A stretch of DNA of 64,000 nucleotides from Candidatus Kapaibacterium sp. (GCA_039923455.1 JBDTCS010000080.1:12079-76078), one strand, 5' to 3'; positions 47,876 to 58,044 are shown, numbered from the stretch's first letter. A program made the numbers and translations. The notes: generated by a model from the sequence alone, not told the origin.

Positions 47876-48304
47876 TTATGCAGCGTTGCAGGTAGCACAG
47901 AGTCCGTAGAGGTCAAGACGATAATCGGTGACGAGTGCATTTCGCAACGGTCCACCACGCTTCTTAATCAACTTCGTTTCGAGGGAGCGCGGCAAGTCAT
48001 GTACGGCACCGCATTTAGTGCAAACAAAATGCTCGTGCTGCTCCGTCATGCCATCGTAGCGAGCGGCTCCACCGATAAATTGCACCTCGCGAATCCTGCC
48101 ATCTTCGACCAACAGTCCCAAATTACGATACACCGTCCCGAGCGAAAGCGAAGGAAGCTTTCGTTTAGCAACGCGATAGACCTCTTCGGCCGAAGGGTGC
48201 GAGTGCGATCGTTTGACGACCTCGAGCACAACGGTCCGCTGATTTGTTGAACGGCGTTGTGGGATTTCGGTAGGGGTAGAAGTTCTTTGAGTCGGCATAT
48301 TCAC
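47876..48304 (-). CDS. Fur-family metalloregulator (probably PerR-like, given the rubrerythrin and Fe-S neighbours)
   Basis: DNA-binding helix region (RSHSHPSAEEVYRVAK...LSLGTVYRNL). Metal sites HEHFVCTKCG and CATC. GTG start at 48304; an ATG lies 2 codons in. Confidence 0.8.
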   Translation of the reverse strand: MNMPTQRTSTPTEIPQRRSTNQRTVVLEVVKRSHSHPSAEEVYRVAKRKLPSLSLGTVYRNLGLLVEDGRIREVQFIGGAARYDGMTEQHEHFVCTKCGAVHDLPRSLETKLIKKRGGPLRNALVTDYRLDLYGLCATCNAA

Positions 48305-48329
48305 GTTCTGCGTTTACCATTAGCTAATA

Positions 48330-48348
48330 AATAGTAATAATTACTATT
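48330..48348. promoter_or_regulatory. Perfect 9-1-9 inverted repeat AATAGTAAT-A-ATTACTATT (Fur/PerR-box-like operator) upstream of the fur-like gene
   Basis: Read directly. It lies 26-44 bp upstream of the regulator start codon, in the divergent fur/metH intergenic region. Confidence 0.5.
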
Positions 48349-48540
48349 AGTGATATAGTGAAAGCCGTTCTCACGTATAATGATTCCAAAGGGGCGGTGT
48401 ATCCGTCCCGAACTCTTCATTCACTCACGAGCGTTTGATCTATCCGTGGTGCTTTGACCTATCGCAACAGCTTGCTGCCACGTTAAAGAAAAGCTAAAGC
48501 GTTGCACCGCCAGAGCCCATTTGCGGCCCCGAGCGTAACA

Positions 48541-48572
48541 CCCGATAGGTCAACAGCCTTATCGGGTTTTTT
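48541..48572 (+). promoter_or_regulatory. Intrinsic terminator/attenuator hairpin in the metH 5' leader (candidate riboswitch expression platform)
   Basis: Stem cccgatagg / ccttatcggg, then TTTTTT, ending 43 nt before the metH ATG. It follows roughly 200 nt of GC-rich structured leader. Confidence 0.55.
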
Positions 48573-48614
48573 GATGGACTTTTGTTGAATGGACTATTCT
48601 TGGATAGCGATCGT

Positions 48615-50441
48615 ATGAGCTTCTTATCTTTTCTGAACGAGCGTGTGCTCGTGTTCGATGGTGCTACCGGCACCAATTTACAAACGCAGGATCTTACGCC
48701 GGATGATTTTGGCGGTGAACATTTTGCGGGTTGCAATGAATATCTTATTCGTACAAAGCCCTCGGCCGTTGAGAAAGTCCATACCGATTTTCTCGAAGCC
48801 GGTGCAGATGTAATCGAGACGGATACGTTCGGTACATCATCGATCGTGCTTGCAGAGTATGGCCTCGAAAGCATTGCCTATGAGCTTTCGAAAGAGGGCG
48901 CTGCGATCGCAAAGAAACTCGCGATGCAATATTCGACCAAAGCGAAACCAAGATTTGTCGCTGGCTCCATCGGTCCAACGACAAAGCTTCCATCGCTCTT
49001 GCACATTTCCTTTGACGCGATGCGTGATAGCTACTACGAGCAGATGAACGGACTGCTCGATGGTGGTGCTGATCTTTTTATTATCGAGACGTGTCAAGAT
49101 CTATTGCAGATCAAAGCTGCACTTGCGGCAGCGCAAGATCTTTTTCGCGATAAGCGCGTACAACTTCCGGTCATCACATCTGTCACAATCGAGACGATGG
49201 GCACGATGCTCATGGGTACCGAGATCGGGGCGGCACTCACTACGCTTGAGCCCTATGACCTGATCACATCTATCGGTATGAACTGTGCAACAGGACCGCA
49301 AGAGATGGAAGAGAACGTGCGGTACTTAACACAGAACTCTCCGCTGCCCGTATTCTGCATGCCGAATGCAGGATTGCCGGAGAATGTCGGCGGTGTCGCA
49401 CACTATCACTTGAGTCCGGAGGATCTTGAAAAATGGATGAGCCATTTTGTCGGTGATCTCGGCGTCTCTATTGTCGGTGGTTGCTGCGGAACAACTGTGG
49501 CGCACATCAAGCGCCTCGCCGATCTTGCAACACGTATCACTCCCGCTCGTCGCGAAGTGACATGGACTCCCTCTGCATCTTCGATCTATTCGAGCGTTCC
49601 ATTGCATCTGGAGCCCGCACCCGTTATCGTCGGTGAGCGCTGCAATACGAACGGCTCAAAGAAATTCCGTGATCTGATTCTTGCTGAAGATTATGACGCA
49701 GCGGTTGCAATGGCTAAAGAGCAAGTCAAAGAGGGTGCGCACATGCTTGACATTTGCGTTGCGTATGTCGGACGTGATGAGGTTCGCGATATGCACGAAG
49801 TCATGACACGTTTAAATACGCAGATCTCCGTGCCACTGGTCATCGACTCCACCGAGTATCCCGTCATCGAAGAAGCGTTGAAACTCTATGCAGGCCGGTC
49901 GATCGTCAACTCGATCAACATGGAAGATGGCGAAGAGCGTATGGCGCATGTTTTGCCCCTATGTAAGAAATATGGTGCGGCGGTTATCGCGCTCACCATC
50001 GACGAAGATGGCATGGCAAAAACGCGTGAGAAGAAATTTGAGATCGCTGAGCGTATCATTGATATCTCAGTCAACAAATATGGCATGCGTGAAGAAGATA
50101 TTCTCTTCGATACGCTTACCTTCACACTTGGCTCCGGCGACGATGAGTTTCGCAAGGCGGGAATCGAGACGATTGAAGCAATTCGTATGATCAAGGCTGC
50201 CCATCCAAAGTGCCGGACAATACTTGGCGTATCGAATATTTCATTCGGTCTAAATCCGCATTCACGCCACGTGCTCAACTCCGTGTTCCTCCATTTTGCT
50301 ATCGAGGCGGGGCTTGATATGGCGATTGTCCATGGCGCTAAGATCATGCCACTACACAAGATAGACGAAAAGGGCCGCGAACTTTCACGCCAAATAATCT
50401 ATGACGAGCGCGTCTTCCAATATGGAGCAGTGGCGGCATAG
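48615..50441 (+). CDS. metH: Methionine synthase, homocysteine-binding plus pterin-binding modules only (split MetH lacking B12 and AdoMet domains)
   Basis: LNERVLVFDGATGTNLQ aligns with the E. coli MetH N-terminus. A Hcy S-methyltransferase domain and a pterin-binding domain are present. The ORF ends at about 609 aa with no cobalamin-binding motif. Confidence 0.8.
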   Translation: MSFLSFLNERVLVFDGATGTNLQTQDLTPDDFGGEHFAGCNEYLIRTKPSAVEKVHTDFLEAGADVIETDTFGTSSIVLAEYGLESIAYELSKEGAAIAKKLAMQYSTKAKPRFVAGSIGPTTKLPSLLHISFDAMRDSYYEQMNGLLDGGADLFIIETCQDLLQIKAALAAAQDLFRDKRVQLPVITSVTIETMGTMLMGTEIGAALTTLEPYDLITSIGMNCATGPQEMEENVRYLTQNSPLPVFCMPNAGLPENVGGVAHYHLSPEDLEKWMSHFVGDLGVSIVGGCCGTTVAHIKRLADLATRITPARREVTWTPSASSIYSSVPLHLEPAPVIVGERCNTNGSKKFRDLILAEDYDAAVAMAKEQVKEGAHMLDICVAYVGRDEVRDMHEVMTRLNTQISVPLVIDSTEYPVIEEALKLYAGRSIVNSINMEDGEERMAHVLPLCKKYGAAVIALTIDEDGMAKTREKKFEIAERIIDISVNKYGMREEDILFDTLTFTLGSGDDEFRKAGIETIEAIRMIKAAHPKCRTILGVSNISFGLNPHSRHVLNSVFLHFAIEAGLDMAIVHGAKIMPLHKIDEKGRELSRQIIYDERVFQYGAVAA

Positions 50442-50528
50442 AACAGGTCAAATCATTCAGGAATGCTGGGTGTTGTCTTTAATAGTAGGATATCTAAAAT
50501 GGTCACTACATTTGCCAATGCACAGCCA

Positions 50529-51104
50529 ATGAACAAGAAAACACTCATGCGAAAATTGCCGCTTTTATTTACTCTCGGAGTTTTAGCCGCCGGAGTAACG
50601 ACATGCAAAATGACACCTTCGAAGGCGGAGGCTCCTGCTCGTATCGAGATCCCTGCTGCACCCGCAGAGACTCCGGTTGCATCTACCGTCGAGGAAGGTA
50701 GTGCTGCACCCGATTTTAATCTCAAAGACGTGCATGGCAAAACAATACATCTTGCCGATTACAAAGGCAAAGTTGTCGTACTCAATTTCTGGGCAACCTG
50801 GTGCCCACCTTGCCGCAAGGAGATTCCTGATTTTATGGAACTTCAGAGTCAGTTTGGCTCAAAGATCCAGTTCATCGGTGTTGCGCTTGATGATGAAGGA
50901 CTCGCAAAGGTCAAACCATTCGTCGATGCGAACAATATTTCCTATCCTATCGTGATCGGAGATAAGCTCACCGTCGATAAGTATGGCGATATGAGTGCGA
51001 TCCCAGTCACATTCGTGATCGATAAGAACGGCAAGATCGCTGCTCGTTACGTCGGCATGCGACAGAAGGCAACCGTCGAGACAATGGTGAAGCCCTTGCT
51101 TTGA
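50529..51104 (+). CDS. TlpA/ResA-like periplasmic thiol:disulfide oxidoreductase (thioredoxin fold)
   Basis: Signal peptide MNKKTLMRKLPLLFTLGVLAAG. WATWCPPCRKEIP active site. Confidence 0.75.
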   Translation: MNKKTLMRKLPLLFTLGVLAAGVTTCKMTPSKAEAPARIEIPAAPAETPVASTVEEGSAAPDFNLKDVHGKTIHLADYKGKVVVLNFWATWCPPCRKEIPDFMELQSQFGSKIQFIGVALDDEGLAKVKPFVDANNISYPIVIGDKLTVDKYGDMSAIPVTFVIDKNGKIAARYVGMRQKATVETMVKPLL

Positions 51105-51132
51105 GCCGAACGTAGGTCATTGGAATATTTTC

Positions 51133-51175
51133 GAACCCCGTTCGCACAAAGGCGAACGGGGTTCCTTGTTTTTTG
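51133..51175 (+). terminator. Rho-independent terminator after the tlpA-like gene
   Basis: 13-bp stem gaaccccgttcgc / gcgaacggggttc, then CTTGTTTTTTG. Confidence 0.75.
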
Positions 51176-51256
51176 TCCCTGACACAATCGACTCTGCAAG
51201 CGGGACACTAACCTTTTCATTGCTCCGTTGCAAGTGTTAAACATTCCAATCCATTT

Positions 51257-53608
51257 GTGAGAGAACGAGCAAAAGTAGTACTCCGAAAGCTTCGACGCGA
51301 AGCCGCACAACCAAAATGGCGGCGTTCGAAAACTGTCCGGTGGTCGATAGGAATTATCCTAACGCTCGCTGTAGCCGCACTTTTTCCACGTCCCGGAACG
51401 CAGACGATCTCGGGTTATTCTGTCGGTTCACTTTGGACCAACGAAGATGTGGTTGCACCGTTTTCTTTTCCAATCAACAAAGACATAAATCGCTATCGGC
51501 AGGAAGTTCGTGCAGCTGAAGAGAACCTCTATCCCGTCTATGTGCCGGATACAACGGCACCACGCGAGACAATCACCGCATTCCAAACGAACTGGCAGCA
51601 AGTGATCGACTGCGTCACGCGTGCCGGCACTGATACACTCCGTGAGGTCGCTCTGCGTGACAGTCTGCCGAAAATCGGACTTTCGAAAGACGAGTGGCAC
51701 GCACTCGCCTTATATGATCAAAGCGGTCCTCGAACGGTGAAGAGTTCGAAGCGGGCACTGACAAGTCCCGAGACGAATTCACCGCTCGCTGCGATCGAGC
51801 CTATCGTGAGCCTAGCGATAAACAATCTCGAGCATGCGGAGATCATCGCAAAGAATACTCCGGCGAGTGATTCGTTTAGTTCAAGTGCATTCATCTCCTA
51901 TCGTTCGCACGCCAACGAAGAGACGATCCTTGCACGCACCTCACTTATCCCGATCGAAGAGGCACAGAACAGAATCTACTCACAACTCGAACAGAAATTC
52001 AAACAGAGCCCGGATCTTGTTCGGGCGATCGGAAAAGTTGTTGCGGTTTCGCTCCAGCCGAATGCGATCTTTAGCACAGAGCGTACACAAGAAAATCACG
52101 ATGCACTTGTGAACCGCGTCATGCGAACCGAAGGTATCATCAAAGAAGGGCAGCGAATCGTAGAGCGTGGAGAGGTCGTAACTCCGCAGAGCAAGTCCGC
52201 GCTGGAGAGTCTCTCGCAAGCTCGGCTTGATCGTGGTGGCGTTGCTGCGCAAGCCGCACGTGTGATCGGTACGGTCGGACATGCCGCGATCATTCTCTTA
52301 TTGCTGGTGCTCTATCTTCGATTCATACGAAGAAAAATTTACAACGACAACGCGCAGCTCTTGTTGCTTGGCCTCGTGTTACTCTTTCCGGCAGTACTTG
52401 CCTATCTCTCGTTGCATATCCGACTCGCGTTTCCGTTCGAGTATCTCATTCTGATCCCTGTCGCCTCGATGCTTCTCACGATTTTGTTCGATTCACGAAC
52501 AGGATTTTATGGTACGGTGATTTGTGCGTTGATGGTTGCGGGTATTCGAGGCAATGATTATACTGTCGCGCTCGCAGGGCTTTCTGCCGGAGCGTTTGCG
52601 GCTTATACCGTGCGCGATCTTCGAAGCCGCGCTCAACTTTTTCAAAGTATCGGTTATATTTTTCTTGGGTATCTGATCGCCATTATCGCGCTCTCGCTGG
52701 AGAAATCTTCGCCGTTCTCGGAGATGGGCTACGATTTGCTCGCGGCATCTATTAATGCATTGCTTTCGCCTGTACTCACGTTCGGAATGCTGTATGTTGT
52801 CGAGTCCATTTTCGATACGATGAGCGATCTTCGATTGACGGAATACGACAATATCAATCATCCGCTGCTTCGAGAGCTTGCAATGCGTGCGCCCGGCACC
52901 TATCAGCATACGATGCTTGTAGCGCAACTTTCCGAGAACGCTGCGATCGCGATCGGTGCGAATGCGCTGCTCGCGAAGGTTGGCGCATTCTTTCATGACA
53001 TCGGCAAGCTTGCAGAGCCAACCGATTTTATCGAGAATCAGCCGGCGGAACTCGGAAATATTCATGACTCGATTTCGCCACTCGAAAGTGCTGAGCGTAT
53101 TCGCAATCATGTGATCGAGGGAATTGCTTTAGCAAGAGCGCATCACTTGCCCGAAAAGATTATCGAGTTTATTCCGATGCATCACGGCACGCTCCGCATT
53201 TCGTTTTTTTATGATCGCGCACTTGCGGCCTCCGTCTCCGGTATTGTTCCGAACGAGGAGATATTCCGTTACCCGGGTCCGAAGCCCGCTTCGAAAGAAA
53301 CCGCGATCGTGATGCTTGCTGACGCGTCGGAAGCGGTTGCGCGAACGCTCGCGACTGTCCATTCCGAGCCGACTATCGAGACAATCGAAGAGTCGTTAGA
53401 AAAGCTTATTCGCGCACGTTTTGCTGATGGGCAGTTGGATGATTGCGATCTCACGATTCGAGATCTCACCATCATTCGAAAAGTGTTTGCTCGCCTGCTT
53501 GCTGGTTTGCACCATACGCGAATTCTGTATCCGACGCCCTCAGTCACGGTGCCAATTCCGGTTTCGGCGAGACTCACAGAAACTCCTCGGGAGCAAGCAG
53601 CAACTTGA
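51257..53608 (+). CDS. 7TM receptor with intracellular HD hydrolase (7TMR-HD / HDIG) membrane protein
   Basis: Extracytoplasmic N-terminal domain, 7 transmembrane helices, HD/HDIG motif ([15 protein letters not shown]). Confidence 0.75.
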   Translation: MRERAKVVLRKLRREAAQPKWRRSKTVRWSIGIILTLAVAALFPRPGTQTISGYSVGSLWTNEDVVAPFSFPINKDINRYRQEVRAAEENLYPVYVPDTTAPRETITAFQTNWQQVIDCVTRAGTDTLREVALRDSLPKIGLSKDEWHALALYDQSGPRTVKSSKRALTSPETNSPLAAIEPIVSLAINNLEHAEIIAKNTPASDSFSSSAFISYRSHANEETILARTSLIPIEEAQNRIYSQLEQKFKQSPDLVRAIGKVVAVSLQPNAIFSTERTQENHDALVNRVMRTEGIIKEGQRIVERGEVVTPQSKSALESLSQARLDRGGVAAQAARVIGTVGHAAIILLLLVLYLRFIRRKIYNDNAQLLLLGLVLLFPAVLAYLSLHIRLAFPFEYLILIPVASMLLTILFDSRTGFYGTVICALMVAGIRGNDYTVALAGLSAGAFAAYTVRDLRSRAQLFQSIGYIFLGYLIAIIALSLEKSSPFSEMGYDLLAASINALLSPVLTFGMLYVVESIFDTMSDLRLTEYDNINHPLLRELAMRAPGTYQHTMLVAQLSENAAIAIGANALLAKVGAFFHDIGKLAEPTDFIENQPAELGNIHDSISPLESAERIRNHVIEGIALARAHHLPEKIIEFIPMHHGTLRISFFYDRALAASVSGIVPNEEIFRYPGPKPASKETAIVMLADASEAVARTLATVHSEPTIETIEESLEKLIRARFADGQLDDCDLTIRDLTIIRKVFARLLAGLHHTRILYPTPSVTVPIPVSARLTETPREQAAT

Positions 53609-54567
53609 AGCGGTCCAATCGAACGCTCGCTTCGCTTAGCGAAGAACTTGATAGCGTACCGAAGCAACAGCAAGCTAAGCGCTCATCGGTTGAGCTTTAT
53701 CTCAGCTACCTAAAGCTCGAGCGAGGGCTTTCGAAAAATTCGCTCGAAGCCTATCGTCGAGATCTTACGAAGCTAGAGGAGTTTCTCTCTATCGAGAAAA
53801 AGCAAATTGTTCGAACGACCAATCGTGACTTGCAGCAATTTTTGCGAGCGCTGGGTGAAGTTGGTTTGGAGCGCTCGAGCATCACACGTATCGTTTCGGC
53901 GCTTCGAGGGTTTTTCCGATATTTGCTGACAGAGAAGATCATTCTCAGCGATCCGACAGAAAATCTTGAGCTTAAAACGCCGAGGCGCAAGCTTCCGGAT
54001 GTGCTCTCGATCGAAGAAGTCGAACGCATACTCACCTCTCCGGATATCGGCACTCCCAAAGGCATTCGTGACCGCGCACTTCTCGAATTTTTGTATGCCG
54101 CAGGCGCCCGCGTATCCGAGGCGACGAACTTGACGCTCTCGCAACTTCGCACAAAAGATGGCCTGGTCAAACTATTTGGCAAGGGAAGCAAAGAGCGTAT
54201 TGTCCCACTCGGAAAAATTTCTGCACGTGCACTTGATGAGTATATTGCAACCGTACGTCCCCGTTTTCTAAGGCCGGGAAAGAATACGGACGCCGTCTTC
54301 TTGAATCAAGAGCGTGGCACCGGAATCTCCCGTATGACGGTTTGGAATATCATTCAGGAATATGTTTCGAAGGCGAAGATCGAGAAGAATATTTCGCCGC
54401 ATACCTTTCGGCATTCCTTCGCAACACATTTGCTCGAAGGTGGTGCGGATCTGAGAGTCGTGCAAGAACTACTTGGACACGCGGATATATCCACGACCGA
54501 AATCTACACGCACATCGATCGTAAGTATATTCAAGAAGTCCACCACCGCTTTCATCCGAGAGGTTAA
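53605..54567 (+). CDS. xerD: Site-specific tyrosine recombinase XerD/XerC
   Basis: [22 protein letters not shown] (XerD N-terminus). Catalytic R...HxxR...Y ([35 protein letters not shown]). No ATG in frame after the upstream stop. A TTG at 53605 overlaps the upstream TGA (cTTGAa). Confidence 0.8.
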   Translation: MKRSNRTLASLSEELDSVPKQQQAKRSSVELYLSYLKLERGLSKNSLEAYRRDLTKLEEFLSIEKKQIVRTTNRDLQQFLRALGEVGLERSSITRIVSALRGFFRYLLTEKIILSDPTENLELKTPRRKLPDVLSIEEVERILTSPDIGTPKGIRDRALLEFLYAAGARVSEATNLTLSQLRTKDGLVKLFGKGSKERIVPLGKISARALDEYIATVRPRFLRPGKNTDAVFLNQERGTGISRMTVWNIIQEYVSKAKIEKNISPHTFRHSFATHLLEGGADLRVVQELLGHADISTTEIYTHIDRKYIQEVHHRFHPRG

Positions 54568-54643
54568 ATTTGCATCGGTGTATTTCTGTTTTTCGTTTTC
54601 CTGTTTTACATATCCCTGTTCTTCGTACTTCCCAATCATTTTG

Positions 54644-56218
54644 ATGGCAAGCATTTCGAGAGAAGATCATTCGGCACGCAAGATACTTTGGTTACTCGTA
54701 ATCGCGGGGCTGGTGCTTCGCGTGGTTGCACTTTGCGCATCGCGTGATTTCCTCATCGCGTACCGACTGCCGGACGATGCACTCTATTATTTCGGCATCG
54801 CAAAACACATCGCTCTCGGACAAGGAATCTCGGTTGACGGCGTGCATACGAATAATGGCTTTCATCCATTTTGGCTTGTCGCGATTCTGCCCGTTTTTCT
54901 GCTGCACCTTTCGGAGTGGAGTGCCATTTATGGCGTGCTCGTTTTGCAAACGGTTCTTGATGCAATTATTATTTGGCTGATCGGAGTAATCGTTTTGCGT
55001 TTGCTCTCCGGTCGGACACGAAAGGAATTGATTGCGGGTGTCGTGCTGAGTGCCGGAAGTTATGCGCTGAATCCGATAGCGATCATTCGTGGCATCAATG
55101 GACTGGAGACAACCATCACCGCCGCGTTCCTTCTTCTTTGGTCACTTGCTTTCGTTCGGCTTTGGAAACTCGAATGGAATGCAAAGCGAATAACGGCGCT
55201 TTCGGTAATAAGTGGATTGCTCTTCCTCGCGCGGACCGACATGGCGGTCATCATGGCATTTAGTTTATTTTTTCTATGCATCTATCGCTGGAGCGAGCTT
55301 GCCGCGACTTGGAGGCAAGCACTTTTTTCTGCGGTGTTTGCGCTTGCAATAATTTTTCCGTGGTTACTTTGGAATTTCGCGACGTTCGGAAGCATACTCC
55401 AAGTGAGTGCAGAGTCCGTGCCGTTTGTGGCGCAAAGGAAGTTTGATCTGCTCTATGGCCCGACAGGTAAGTATGGATTTTTGAGCATGGAGGCGCTCAG
55501 AAATATGCTCAAGCCATTTGTCTATACATGTCTCGGTCTTCCGATCCTAACGATCATTGCCTGGATATTCACACGTAGGCGAACTGCGCAAGATCAAAAC
55601 CAGTCAGGACTTGAACGATCACTCAGCGGGCTACTCGTCATTGTGTGTGGCGCTCTCTTTCTCCTTGCGTTTCATACGATCGTTCGCGGGTTTATTCGCG
55701 ATTGGTACATCGAAGATCTCATGCCGTTCTTCGCAATCGTCTTTGCAATCTCAGGTGTACTCGTGCTCACAAGATGGACTGGCAATGCCCTCAGAACAAT
55801 TCTCTACCTCGTAAGCTTCGCGACTCTAGTCGTGATCGGTTACGGTGAGCTGCGATCACCTCGGTACGATTCTCAAAAAGCTATTGTGTATGAGGGCGTC
55901 GAATTTGTTCGGCACCTTCCAGCGGGCAGTCGGGTGGGTGCTTTTAATTCCGGTTGGTACGCCTATTTCGCTCCGGAGAATGTTCGGGTAGTGAATCTGG
56001 ACGGGGTTGTCAATCCGGACGCATTCCATTTCATCAAAACCGGAAAGCTCCACGAGTACCTGCGAGGGGATTCGATTGGATATCTGCTTGATTTTCGAGG
56101 CGATATCGATGGATTTCGAGGGCTGATGGATAAGGAGTTCACCGCAGAATATGCACTCGACTCCACGCTTTCTTCTCCAAAATCGGTCGATTCCCTATTG
56201 GTTTTGAAGCGGAAGTAG
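54644..56218 (+). CDS. Polytopic membrane protein, putative ArnT/PMT-like glycosyltransferase (second copy)
   Basis: ATG at 54644 (MASISRED...). About 11 transmembrane helices and a C-terminal soluble domain. Architecture is similar to 46512..47873. Confidence 0.45.
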   Translation: MASISREDHSARKILWLLVIAGLVLRVVALCASRDFLIAYRLPDDALYYFGIAKHIALGQGISVDGVHTNNGFHPFWLVAILPVFLLHLSEWSAIYGVLVLQTVLDAIIIWLIGVIVLRLLSGRTRKELIAGVVLSAGSYALNPIAIIRGINGLETTITAAFLLLWSLAFVRLWKLEWNAKRITALSVISGLLFLARTDMAVIMAFSLFFLCIYRWSELAATWRQALFSAVFALAIIFPWLLWNFATFGSILQVSAESVPFVAQRKFDLLYGPTGKYGFLSMEALRNMLKPFVYTCLGLPILTIIAWIFTRRRTAQDQNQSGLERSLSGLLVIVCGALFLLAFHTIVRGFIRDWYIEDLMPFFAIVFAISGVLVLTRWTGNALRTILYLVSFATLVVIGYGELRSPRYDSQKAIVYEGVEFVRHLPAGSRVGAFNSGWYAYFAPENVRVVNLDGVVNPDAFHFIKTGKLHEYLRGDSIGYLLDFRGDIDGFRGLMDKEFTAEYALDSTLSSPKSVDSLLVLKRK

Positions 56219-56379
56219 CATTCGGAGGTTTTTGGTGACGGAAATTTACCCTTTCCAAAGAGAACCCGCTTAAAGAGAACTTTGCTTACAACTGTCAGCC
56301 CGGGTGAAATGCTTGTAGTGAAATGCCGGGAGTTATGCGCCCCATGACGGCGCCGATACAGTGCAACGAATTTTATCCT

Positions 56380-57453
56380 ATGAAGAAATCGGTCACAGCA
56401 TCTGTTGTCAAGTCTATCGTTACGAAGTTTATCGTTCTCAGAAATTCTCTTTTGATTTGTGTGCTCATCGCAGCTGCGTTTGGCGCTCGGACTGCCGTTG
56501 CGCAGGATGTGGTCGAGTCGAGTCGTGCGCACGTGTATGATTTTTTGAATGTCGTTGCGAATCCTCGCTCGTCGGCACTTGGCAATTCCTTTGTTGCGAT
56601 GAAGAACGATGTCAACGTGATCTTTTCAAATCCGGGTGCGCTTTCTACTTTGGGGGTGAACGATTCAATTGGAGTTGCACGTGTGCTCTCGGTCGGGTTC
56701 ACGAAATACATTCTTGATATCAACGAGGGATATCTCTCGTATGCACAGCCGATTGCTGATAGCGCAAGTTGGATCGGTGCAGGTGTGCAATATATGGACT
56801 ACGGGACATTTCAAGGCTATGACACGAAGGGATTAGCTACCGGAGATTTTGGTGCGTCTGATTTTGCACTTTCGGTTGCGTATTCCGGCACTGCGAAGCA
56901 TGCGATACATTATGGTGTGGCGCTCAAGTATATTATTTCGCACCTTGTGTCGGGCTCTTCTGTCGAGAATTATAGCTCCACTGCTTTGGCAGCAGATGCC
57001 GGACTATTTTATGAGTTCGAACCTGCGCTGATGACCTTCGGTGTTTCGGTGCTTAATGTTGGATCTCAGCTCACAACCTACGCTGGTGTTCGCGAAGCAC
57101 TGCCACTCGATGTACAAATTGGTGTTTCGAAAAAGCTTGAGCGCTTGCCGCTTACATTGCATCTTGCGTTTCACAACTTGACGCGCGATCGTGAAGGGCG
57201 CAGTATATTCTACGCGCTCAATGATTTCTCTTTCGGTGGTGAGTTTGTGCTCGGAAAAGTCGTGCGACTTCGTGTCGGTTACGAAAACCAAAAACGACAC
57301 GATCTAAAACTGCCAACAGGCTCCGGACTTGCCGGATTTTCTCTCGGAGCAGGCTTCGTTGTCAAGCGTTACCAATTCGACTACGCATTCAATTCACTCG
57401 GCCTTGCCTTCCAACCGCTACACCGTCTCGGTGCTACGATCACCTTTGATTAG
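56380..57453 (+). CDS. Outer-membrane beta-barrel protein (possibly T9SS-associated PorV/PorP-like)
   Basis: Signal peptide, alternating-strand pattern, ends in ...GATITFD. Assignment beyond OMP is a guess. Confidence 0.4.
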   Translation: MKKSVTASVVKSIVTKFIVLRNSLLICVLIAAAFGARTAVAQDVVESSRAHVYDFLNVVANPRSSALGNSFVAMKNDVNVIFSNPGALSTLGVNDSIGVARVLSVGFTKYILDINEGYLSYAQPIADSASWIGAGVQYMDYGTFQGYDTKGLATGDFGASDFALSVAYSGTAKHAIHYGVALKYIISHLVSGSSVENYSSTALAADAGLFYEFEPALMTFGVSVLNVGSQLTTYAGVREALPLDVQIGVSKKLERLPLTLHLAFHNLTRDREGRSIFYALNDFSFGGEFVLGKVVRLRVGYENQKRHDLKLPTGSGLAGFSLGAGFVVKRYQFDYAFNSLGLAFQPLHRLGATITFD

Positions 57454-57527
57454 CGTTTATTCCCCAAAACCCTAATAAAATAAGGCTCTGGAACCTTGAG
57501 ATAGGGTGTCCCGTTACAACCGCGCTA

Positions 57528-57563
57528 TAGAAATGATCGCGGGGTGGAGTCCGCCGCGGCGGA
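57528..57563 (+). other. 5' fragment of a tRNA-fMet-like unit (acceptor stem plus D arm with the GC-palindrome insertion)
   Basis: cgcggggtggag-tccgccgcggcgg-agtagctcgtc, then agtgcaggtttcaaaatgat before the intact tRNA restarts. Confidence 0.4.
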
Positions 57564-57583
57564 GTAGCTCGTCAGTGCAGGTT

Positions 57584-57656
<73 letters not shown>

Positions 57657-57659
57657 ACC

Positions 57660-57702
57660 CCCGCTACAAAAAAGACTTAATCGTACGATGTGCGATTAAG
57701 TC
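57660..57702 (+). terminator. Terminator-like hairpin after the tRNA (aagacttaatcg...cgattaagtctt + T-run)
   Basis: 12-bp stem then TTTTGTTTT. The same hairpin recurs after the next unit. Coordinates are approximate. Confidence 0.55.
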
Positions 57703-57753
57703 TTTTGTTTTGAAAAATTTTAAGCAGCGCACCGGTTAAGATCCCCTTAGCAG

Positions 57754-57855
57754 CTCGGGGTGGAGTCCGCCAGGGCGGAGTAGCTCATCGGACTCAGAAC
57801 CCGAAGTCAACGATCCGACGCGGCGGAGTCGTAGGTTCAAGTCCTACCCCCGCTA
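57754..57855 (+). pseudogene. tRNA-fMet-derived repeat unit with two insertions and a degenerate anticodon arm (CAG)
   Basis: ctcgggg-tggag-[tccgccagggcgg]-agtagctcatcggactcagaacccgaag-[tcaacgatccgacgcggcgga]-gtcgtaggttcaagtcctacccccgcta. Preceded by the leader agcgcaccggtt...cttagc and followed by the same terminator hairpin (57851-57890). Confidence 0.5.
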
Positions 57856-57942
57856 CAAAAAAGACTTAATCGTACGATGCGCGATTAAGTCTTTTGTTTT
57901 GCAAAAATTAAAGGAGCGCACCGGTTGAGACCCACTTAGCTC

Positions 57943-58044
57943 CACGGGGTGGAGTCCGCCGCGGCGGAGTAGCTCGTCGGGCTCATAACCCGAAGTCAAC
58001 GATCCGACGAGGCGGAGTCGTAGGTTCAAGTCCTACCCCCGCTA
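57943..58044 (+). ncRNA. tRNA-fMet-like repeat unit retaining CAU anticodon arm and T arm, with a 13-nt D-loop palindrome and a 21-nt variable-region insertion
   Basis: cacgggg-tggag-[tccgccgcggcgg]-agtagctcgtcgggctcataacccgaag-[tcaacgatccgacgaggcgga]-gtcgtaggttcaagtcctacccccgcta. Position 2 is A, which breaks one acceptor pair. It is followed by a weaker hairpin. Confidence 0.45.

Noticed and set aside
48380-48530. Calling the metH leader a cobalamin riboswitch
   Set aside because: Only fragments of the B12 core (GGTG..ATCC..CCCG, GCCAC) are present. The P2 helix and the GCCACTG / GAAGGC elements are not convincingly there. B12 repression of a metH is also biologically unexpected. I kept it as an unclassified candidate leader pending cmscan.
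57754-58044. Interpreting the inserted tRNA-like units as ordinary long-variable-arm tRNAs (Leu/Ser/Tyr/Sec)
   Set aside because: Their anticodon and T arms are those of tRNA-fMet. The extra sequence also replaces the D-loop with a palindrome, which no canonical tRNA class has. They are reported as tRNA-derived repeats.
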